From: Actinomycetota bacterium
GTDB lineage: Bacteria > Actinomycetota > Acidimicrobiia > Acidimicrobiales > Ilumatobacteraceae
NCBI GenBank assembly: GCA_030645675.1
Contig: JAUSLQ010000102.1
Location: forward strand, 1,727-65,726
Length of the DNA: 64,000 bases
Direction: 5' to 3'
The number at the start of each line of letters is the position of its first letter. Positions within the stretch are counted from its first letter, which is position 1. Positions 59,128-64,000 of this stretch are shown here, piece by piece. A program made the translations under genes and the position numbers. The notes under the pieces are model-generated. The model saw only the letters and a program-made list of their open reading frames with translations. It searched no databases and was not told the origin of the DNA.

Positions 59128-60479
59128 GAGCTCTCCTTCGACGAGTAGGGAGGGGCTCCAGCGGACAGAGCGATGGGGGCGACCGTCACGTCGCTGGAGG
59201 CGGCGGCGAGGCGGCGGGCCTCGATTCGCTGCAGGTCGCGACTCGATCGCGCCACGGTTCCACGAGCTTGCCGCTTGGAGAGCTGACCCGCCGGGCGACC
59301 GCCCAGCACTCGGGCGATGGAGAACAGGATGAGCACCAGCACCATCAGCACGGCCGCTGTGCCGAAACCGCGTGCCATCTGCTCGGGCTGCCCCGAGCGC
59401 ACCAGCATGTATGCCGTGAGCGGCAGCGAGACCATCGGTCCCTCGTTCGGATTGAGGTTCATTGAAGATGTGAAGCCGGCGGTGAGCAGCACCGGCGCGG
59501 TCTCTCCCACGCCACGGGCGATGCCGAGGATCACGGAGGTGGTGAGGCCCGAGCGGGCGGTGGGCAGCACCACGTGCCAGACGGTGCGCCACTGCGGCGC
59601 CCCGAGCGCCGCCGAGGCCTCGCGCAGGTTGCCGGGCACGAGGCGCAGCACCACGTCGGCGGAGCGGATCATGATCGGAAGCGTCATGATGCTGATCGCG
59701 ATCGACGCCGCGAGGCCCGAGCGTTCGAAGCCGAGGATCAGGACCCAGGTGGCGAAGATGAACAGGCCGGCCAGGATCGACGGCAAGGCGGTCATCGCGG
59801 TCACGACCGTGCGCACCAGCGACGTCAGGCGGCTACGGGTCTCGTTGAGGTACACCGAGCAGGCGATTCCGAGCGGCACCGTGATGACGAGGGAGATCAG
59901 CGTCATGATCAGCGTGCCGACGATGGCGTGCGAGATGCCACCCTTGGTCAGCGGATCGAGCGGGCCGGTGCTGCTGAGGTCGTCGACGTAGAAGTTCGTG
60001 TGCACCAGCGCCTTCACGCCGCGGATGAACACGTAGACGATCACGGAGAACAGCGCGCACAATGCCACCACGGCCGCCGAGGCCATCAGCACGGTCATCA
60101 CCCGGTCGTACACGGCGGGGCGGTTCTCGGTGAGCGACACCACCACCGCGTAGGTGAGGAGGAACACGAGGAAGAAGACGGCGAGGAAGCCGATCACGCC
60201 TTCCATCGACGTGAACCGGCCGAACAGCAGCATCGTCGTCGACAACGCACTGACCAGCGAGCCCAACAGCGGCAGCAACTCGTTCCGCGACCACTTGCGC
60301 ACGGCCCGCCGCACCGCAGGAGGCGCCTCGGGTCCCGGGTGCCCGGCGAGCACCGTCAATGGTGCGGGGTCGTCGGCGAACCGCAGCTCCCCGAACTCGC
60401 CCTCGAACGCCTCGTCGAACGCGTCGCCCATCGAGCGGCTACCGCCGTCATCGGCACTCTTGGTGAGGGTGGAGGTCAT
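59124..60479 (-). CDS. pstA: Phosphate ABC transporter permease PstA
   Basis: 451 aa with KGGISHAIVGTLIMTLISLVITVPLGIACSVYLNE and the EAA-loop region EASAALGAPQWRTVWHVVLP. The start overlaps the pstC stop by 4 nt. Confidence 0.9.
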   Translation of the reverse strand: MTSTLTKSADDGGSRSMGDAFDEAFEGEFGELRFADDPAPLTVLAGHPGPEAPPAVRRAVRKWSRNELLPLLGSLVSALSTTMLLFGRFTSMEGVIGFLAVFFLVFLLTYAVVVSLTENRPAVYDRVMTVLMASAAVVALCALFSVIVYVFIRGVKALVHTNFYVDDLSSTGPLDPLTKGGISHAIVGTLIMTLISLVITVPLGIACSVYLNETRSRLTSLVRTVVTAMTALPSILAGLFIFATWVLILGFERSGLAASIAISIMTLPIMIRSADVVLRLVPGNLREASAALGAPQWRTVWHVVLPTARSGLTTSVILGIARGVGETAPVLLTAGFTSSMNLNPNEGPMVSLPLTAYMLVRSGQPEQMARGFGTAAVLMVLVLILFSIARVLGGRPAGQLSKRQARGTVARSSRDLQRIEARRLAAASSDVTVAPIALSAGAPPYSSKESS

Positions 60480-61534
60480 GCTTCGCTGCTCGCTCCGCTA
60501 CGCGAACGCGCCACGAACCATGATGCGGTGAAGTTCACGACGAGGGTGACGGCGAACAGCGCCAAGCCGGCGGCCATCAGTGCCGACAGGCCGAACCCCG
60601 ACGACTCGAAGGTGAGCAGTGCGATGTGGCTCGACACCGAGTTGCTGCCGGCCTCGAGGACGTGGAAGTTGAGGTCGAACCGAGGCGAGATGATCATCAC
60701 CACGGCGATCGTCTCGCCCAACGCCCGACCGAGGCCCAGCATCGTGCCGCCGATGATGCCGCCGCGGCCGAACGGCAGCGCCACCACGCGGATCATGCCC
60801 CAGCGGGTGGAGCCCAGTGCGTACGCCCCTTCGCGCTCTCCCAAGGGCACCTGCGAGAAGACTTCGCGCATGACCACACACTGGATCGGCATCACCATCA
60901 TCGCGACGACGACGCCTGCGATGAACGTTGATGCGGTGTACACCGACTCGCTGGACAGCGGGCTGTTCGGGTCGGCGCGGGCAACGTCGAGAAAGGGGAT
61001 CCACCCGAACCACGCGTTGATCCACCGGGACAGGCCGACGATCTTGCCCTGCAGCAGGTATGCCCCCCACAGCCCGTAGACGACGCTGGGCACTGCCGCC
61101 ATCAGGTCGACGAGTGCGATCAGCCACGAGCGCAACCACTTCGGGGCCACCTCGGTGATGAACAGCGCGGTGCCCATCGAGATCGGCAGCGCGATGGCGA
61201 CTGCCACGAGAGCGATCAGCACCGTACCGAGCATGATCGCGGCGATGCCGAACTCGCCACGATCGGGCTGCCACACGGAAGTGGTGAGGAAGGAGAAGCC
61301 CGACGACTTGAGCGCCTGGCTGGCCTGGATCGCCAGGAACACGCCGACGGCGACCATGATCGCCAGCACGAACGCGCCGCTGAACGAGGCCCCGCCGAAG
61401 AAGATGCGGTCGCCGCGGCCCTTGCGAACCACCAGCCTGCGCGGCGGTGCGGGCTCGCCAGTGGCGACATGGTCGACACTGGTCGTCTCGACAGCGCCGC
61501 CGGCACCGAACGCTTCCATGGTCACGCCAGCCAT
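60476..61534 (-). CDS. pstC: Phosphate ABC transporter permease PstC
   Basis: 352 aa with FGIAAIMLGTVLIALVAVAIALPISMGTALFITEVAP and GEREGAYALGSTRWGMIRVVALPFGRGGIIGG, typical of PstC. Confidence 0.9.
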   Translation of the reverse strand: MAGVTMEAFGAGGAVETTSVDHVATGEPAPPRRLVVRKGRGDRIFFGGASFSGAFVLAIMVAVGVFLAIQASQALKSSGFSFLTTSVWQPDRGEFGIAAIMLGTVLIALVAVAIALPISMGTALFITEVAPKWLRSWLIALVDLMAAVPSVVYGLWGAYLLQGKIVGLSRWINAWFGWIPFLDVARADPNSPLSSESVYTASTFIAGVVVAMMVMPIQCVVMREVFSQVPLGEREGAYALGSTRWGMIRVVALPFGRGGIIGGTMLGLGRALGETIAVVMIISPRFDLNFHVLEAGSNSVSSHIALLTFESSGFGLSALMAAGLALFAVTLVVNFTASWFVARSRSGASSEA

Positions 61535-62403
61535 GCGGCGAGCACCACCAACATGATGACCATTGCGGCGGTCAGCAGCAGCACGTCGATGTGCATGGCC
61601 GCAGACCAGAACGAGCGCTTCGGAGCGCGGGGGGCTTGCGCCTGAGCGATGGAGAGCTGCCCGGGCACGTGGCTCAAGCCCCCGGCGGCGAGGCGCTCGT
61701 CGATCATCGTCGCGAACACGGCGGCGAACACGCGAGCGAACGCCTCGGCGTCGATGCTGACGGCCGCCGGGGACTGCCCGGCCAGACCCTCCGTCGGCGG
61801 AGCTGGTGTGGCCGCCGCGACGAGGGGCATCGCGGCGGCCACGAGCGGTGCTGCCGGTACGAACGGTTCAGCGGTGCTGACCGGCGGCGGCAGGAAAGGC
61901 GGGAGAGGCGGGAGAGGCAGGCGAGGCAGGAGAGGAACGAACGGAAGCGGGGCGTCCGGAGCCACCAGACCGAGTGGCGCCGGAGGAGGCTCGACGGCCG
62001 CTGTCAGATCCACCGGCTGCACCACCGGTCGCAGCACTGGTTGTGCGACCGGTTGCGCCACTGGTTGCGCCACTGGTTGCGCGACCGGTTGCGCGGTGGG
62101 CCGTGGAGCGGCGTCCGCTCTCGCCAGCATCACGTCGGCGGCTCGCCGCGCAGCTGCGACCGCGGCCGACGCCTCTGCTCGGGCCTGTGCCAAGGCCTGT
62201 GTCAACGCTTGCCGGCGCTCGTCGACCAGCGGTTGGATTCGGGCGCGCAGCTCGGCGCAGGCGTCGTCCGGTTGGCTCGCTGCCGACGCCTTCTCGGCAT
62301 CGGCTGCCTCCTGCAACGCAGCGCGCAGTTGCAGCGTCAGAACTGCGATGGCCGCACGTGACGACAACGGCGCGGCGCTGGGAGCGAGTGCATCACTGTG
62401 CAT
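61522..62403 (-). CDS. Tail-anchored hypothetical protein: N-terminal coiled coil, (AQPV)n repeat, Pro-rich region, C-terminal TM
   Basis: ATG at 62403 (MHSDALAPS). It overlaps the pstC start by 13 nt. The C-terminal anchor is IDVLLLTAAMVIMLVVLAAWLA. No family recognised. Confidence 0.5.
   Translation of the reverse strand: MHSDALAPSAAPLSSRAAIAVLTLQLRAALQEAADAEKASAASQPDDACAELRARIQPLVDERRQALTQALAQARAEASAAVAAARRAADVMLARADAAPRPTAQPVAQPVAQPVAQPVAQPVLRPVVQPVDLTAAVEPPPAPLGLVAPDAPLPFVPLLPRLPLPPLPPFLPPPVSTAEPFVPAAPLVAAAMPLVAAATPAPPTEGLAGQSPAAVSIDAEAFARVFAAVFATMIDERLAAGGLSHVPGQLSIAQAQAPRAPKRSFWSAAMHIDVLLLTAAMVIMLVVLAAWLA
62047..62106. repeat. 12-bp in-frame tandem repeat x5 (cYggttgYgcSR) encoding (AQPV)n
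   Basis: Direct reading of 62047-62106. Confidence 0.85.
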
Positions 62404-62905
62404 CAGGTGCCTCCGCGGCCCGGCCGTCGAGGGGTTGTCGACGGTTCTCCGCCACGCGCTGGCGAGCACCTTCGAGGATGCGCTTCACTTCGGCGTCGGC
62501 ATCGGCCTTCACCTGCGCGATGGTCGCCTGGAACTCCGCTTCCATCCGGGCGAGCGCCGCACGCGACTCGTCCAGCTGGGCGCGCAGCGCCTCGCGCACC
62601 TCTGCATCGCGGGTCGCCGCGTTTCGCTCGGCCACCGCCGCGCGCATCCGCGCAGCGGCGATCTCGTGCTCCAACCTGGCGCGTTCGCGTTCGACACCGG
62701 CAGAGGCGTCGTCCGTCCAACGCAGGGTCGCCGCGGCGTCGCTCGCTCCCCTTGCGCCAAGCCCGCCACCGTCGCCATCGCGATCCGCGTCATCGCGATC
62801 CGCACCATGGCTGCCGTTCAGCAGCACGCTGTGCCCAGCGGTGCCGTTGACACGCAGGCCGTGTGCGTGGGTGCCGTTCATCGAGATGCCGTTCGGTGCG
62901 CTCAT
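62393..62905 (-). CDS. Small coiled-coil protein of unknown function
   Basis: ATG at 62905 (MSAPNGISMNGTHAHG). The C-terminal roughly 100 aa are Ala/Arg/Glu-rich heptad-like (ERARLEHEIAAARMRAAVAERNAATRDAEVREALRAQLDESRAALARMEAEFQATIAQVKADADAEVKRILEGARQRV). The 3' end overlaps the next gene by 11 nt. Confidence 0.5.
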   Translation of the reverse strand: MSAPNGISMNGTHAHGLRVNGTAGHSVLLNGSHGADRDDADRDGDGGGLGARGASDAAATLRWTDDASAGVERERARLEHEIAAARMRAAVAERNAATRDAEVREALRAQLDESRAALARMEAEFQATIAQVKADADAEVKRILEGARQRVAENRRQPLDGRAAEAPDAQ

Positions 62906-62912
62906 GGCTCGC

Positions 62913-63902
62913 TCACACCACCCAGGCCAACATCGCGGTGACGGCAGCGAGCGAGCCGGCTGCCGCCACAGGAAGCGCCAGCCGGGGCGGAACGCCCCTG
63001 CTGCGCCGGCGGCGCACGACAGCACGGTCGGGCAGATCCTTGGCCCAGAACCGCACGAACGCGTCGTCGCCGTCAGCGCCGGTGATGTCGATGATGGGCG
63101 TCGCGTCTCGTCCGACAGGCACGACATCGAGCGCTGGTTCCGCCGGGGGATACGGCTTGGCGGCCAGATCCAACGTGACTGCGAGGTCGGCCAGCAGCTG
63201 CTGCAGATCGGCGTGTTCCCCGGTGTCGAGCACCGACATCAGATCAGTCGGCAGTCGTGAAGGTTGGGGTGACGGCAGTCGTGAAGGTTGGGGTGACGGC
63301 AGGTTCGACGCGTGCGACTCCCCTGCTTCGTGGGCGCCTGCGTCCGTCGCGGTGGTTGGGCCGGGTGGCGGCGGCGCAGCGGCGTGCTCGCCGGCTTCGA
63401 CAACGGCCAGGTGGTAGCGCACGTCGGCCCGCGCGTGGGCGTCGTCGATGACCGCACGGCCCTCCTGGACCTCGTCGTGCCACCACTCGTCGAGCAGTGC
63501 GGTCAGTCGCCGCTGCGCGGCCACGCCGTCGAGGTCTGCAGTCTCGAACGCCTGGTCGATCACCGTCGCCAGCGACTCGATGTCGTCCGTCGTGCGCACC
63601 ACCGACACGCCCAGCGCTGCGATGTCGCGGCTGTTCAGCCGGAACGGGCCGGCGAGCGCGGGTTGCGGCGTGCGCACGTCCAGCGCCGGGGGACGTTGCC
63701 CGATGCTGGAACGCGGCGATGTCCGGCCGCCGTGGACCACCACGGCAGGAACCTCGCCCACCAAGGCCGCAGCCCGTGCAGCCGCAGCATCGGCGATCTG
63801 CGCCACCTCCGCATCCACCTCTGCGCGCCGCTGGAGGATCGACCGTTGGGCATCCATGAACTGCCTCAGCAAACGCTGGTGGATGCCGGCGAGGTTGGCC
63901 AT
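62913..63902 (-). CDS. Tail-anchored hypothetical protein (start uncertain; may begin at 63989 or beyond the window)
   Basis: ATG at 63902 (MANLAGIHQRLLRQFMDAQRS), but the frame stays open to the window edge. It carries an internal LPSPQPSR x2 repeat. The C-terminal anchor is LALPVAAAGSLAAVTAMLAWVV. Confidence 0.45.
   Translation of the reverse strand: MANLAGIHQRLLRQFMDAQRSILQRRAEVDAEVAQIADAAAARAAALVGEVPAVVVHGGRTSPRSSIGQRPPALDVRTPQPALAGPFRLNSRDIAALGVSVVRTTDDIESLATVIDQAFETADLDGVAAQRRLTALLDEWWHDEVQEGRAVIDDAHARADVRYHLAVVEAGEHAAAPPPPGPTTATDAGAHEAGESHASNLPSPQPSRLPSPQPSRLPTDLMSVLDTGEHADLQQLLADLAVTLDLAAKPYPPAEPALDVVPVGRDATPIIDITGADGDDAFVRFWAKDLPDRAVVRRRRSRGVPPRLALPVAAAGSLAAVTAMLAWVV
63251..63302. 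repeat. 24-bp perfect tandem duplication (gcagtcgtgaaggttggggtgacg x2, plus a partial third copy)
   Basis: Direct reading. On the minus strand it encodes LPSPQPSR twice. Confidence 0.9.
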
Positions 63903-64000
63903 CTGCCCATCGGCCTGCCCGTCGGCGGAGGCCAGGGAGGAACAGGCGTCGCCCATCGCCTCCAGGCAGCACATGTGTGCGGCACGCAACGCGTCGAGGT

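Overview
This is a 64-kb, very GC-rich window with Actinomycetota-like coding style: GTG/TTG starts, many ATGA/GTGA stop-start overlaps, and long spurious antisense ORFs. I support about 44 protein-coding genes. I recognise no rRNA, tRNA, CRISPR array, transposase or integrase. All domain calls are by-eye motif recognition on the supplied translations; no searches were run.

Gene layout:
- (1) 1-7.0 kb: a macrodomain gene fragment, then a minus-strand herA-sbcD(mre11)-sbcC(rad50)-nurA string in the archaeal gene order.
- (2) 7.4-12.3 kb: miscellaneous genes (DUF2520-like Rossmann protein, polytopic membrane protein, SnoaL-like protein, HSL-type esterase, amidohydrolase).
- (3) 12.5-30.8 kb: a tightly packed seven-gene plus-strand operon. 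It encodes a metallophosphoesterase-TM-TPR giant, a class III cyclase-STAND NTPase, an FHA-LuxR regulator, a Ser/Thr kinase-AAA-TPR giant, a signal-peptide-less GH25-like/PG-binding protein, and two membrane-embedded patatin/cPLA2-like phospholipases. This is my top candidate for an undescribed sensor-to-lytic-effector system.
- (4) 30.8-41.8 kb: aldo/keto reductase, Baeyer-Villiger monooxygenase, CLCA-like metalloprotease-VWA protein, CoA-binding membrane protein, secreted phosphodiesterase/5'-nucleotidase fusion, and a SAPD-repeat protein.
- (5) 41.9-45.2 kb: acr3-arsR divergent from arsA.
- (6) 45.2-63.9 kb: a roughly 19-kb minus-strand supercluster of at least 15 genes. A genuine pstC-pstA-pstS...pstB phosphate transporter is interrupted and flanked by tail-anchored surface proteins. 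These include three paralogs of an unassigned two-cysteine domain, a sortase homolog lacking the catalytic His and Cys, an LSATG-signal protein, extra PstS-like domains, an FN3/WxL-like protein and a DUF916-like protein. This is the second candidate system.

Many surface and effector genes also carry in-frame 6-, 12-, 15-, 18- and 24-bp tandem repeats.
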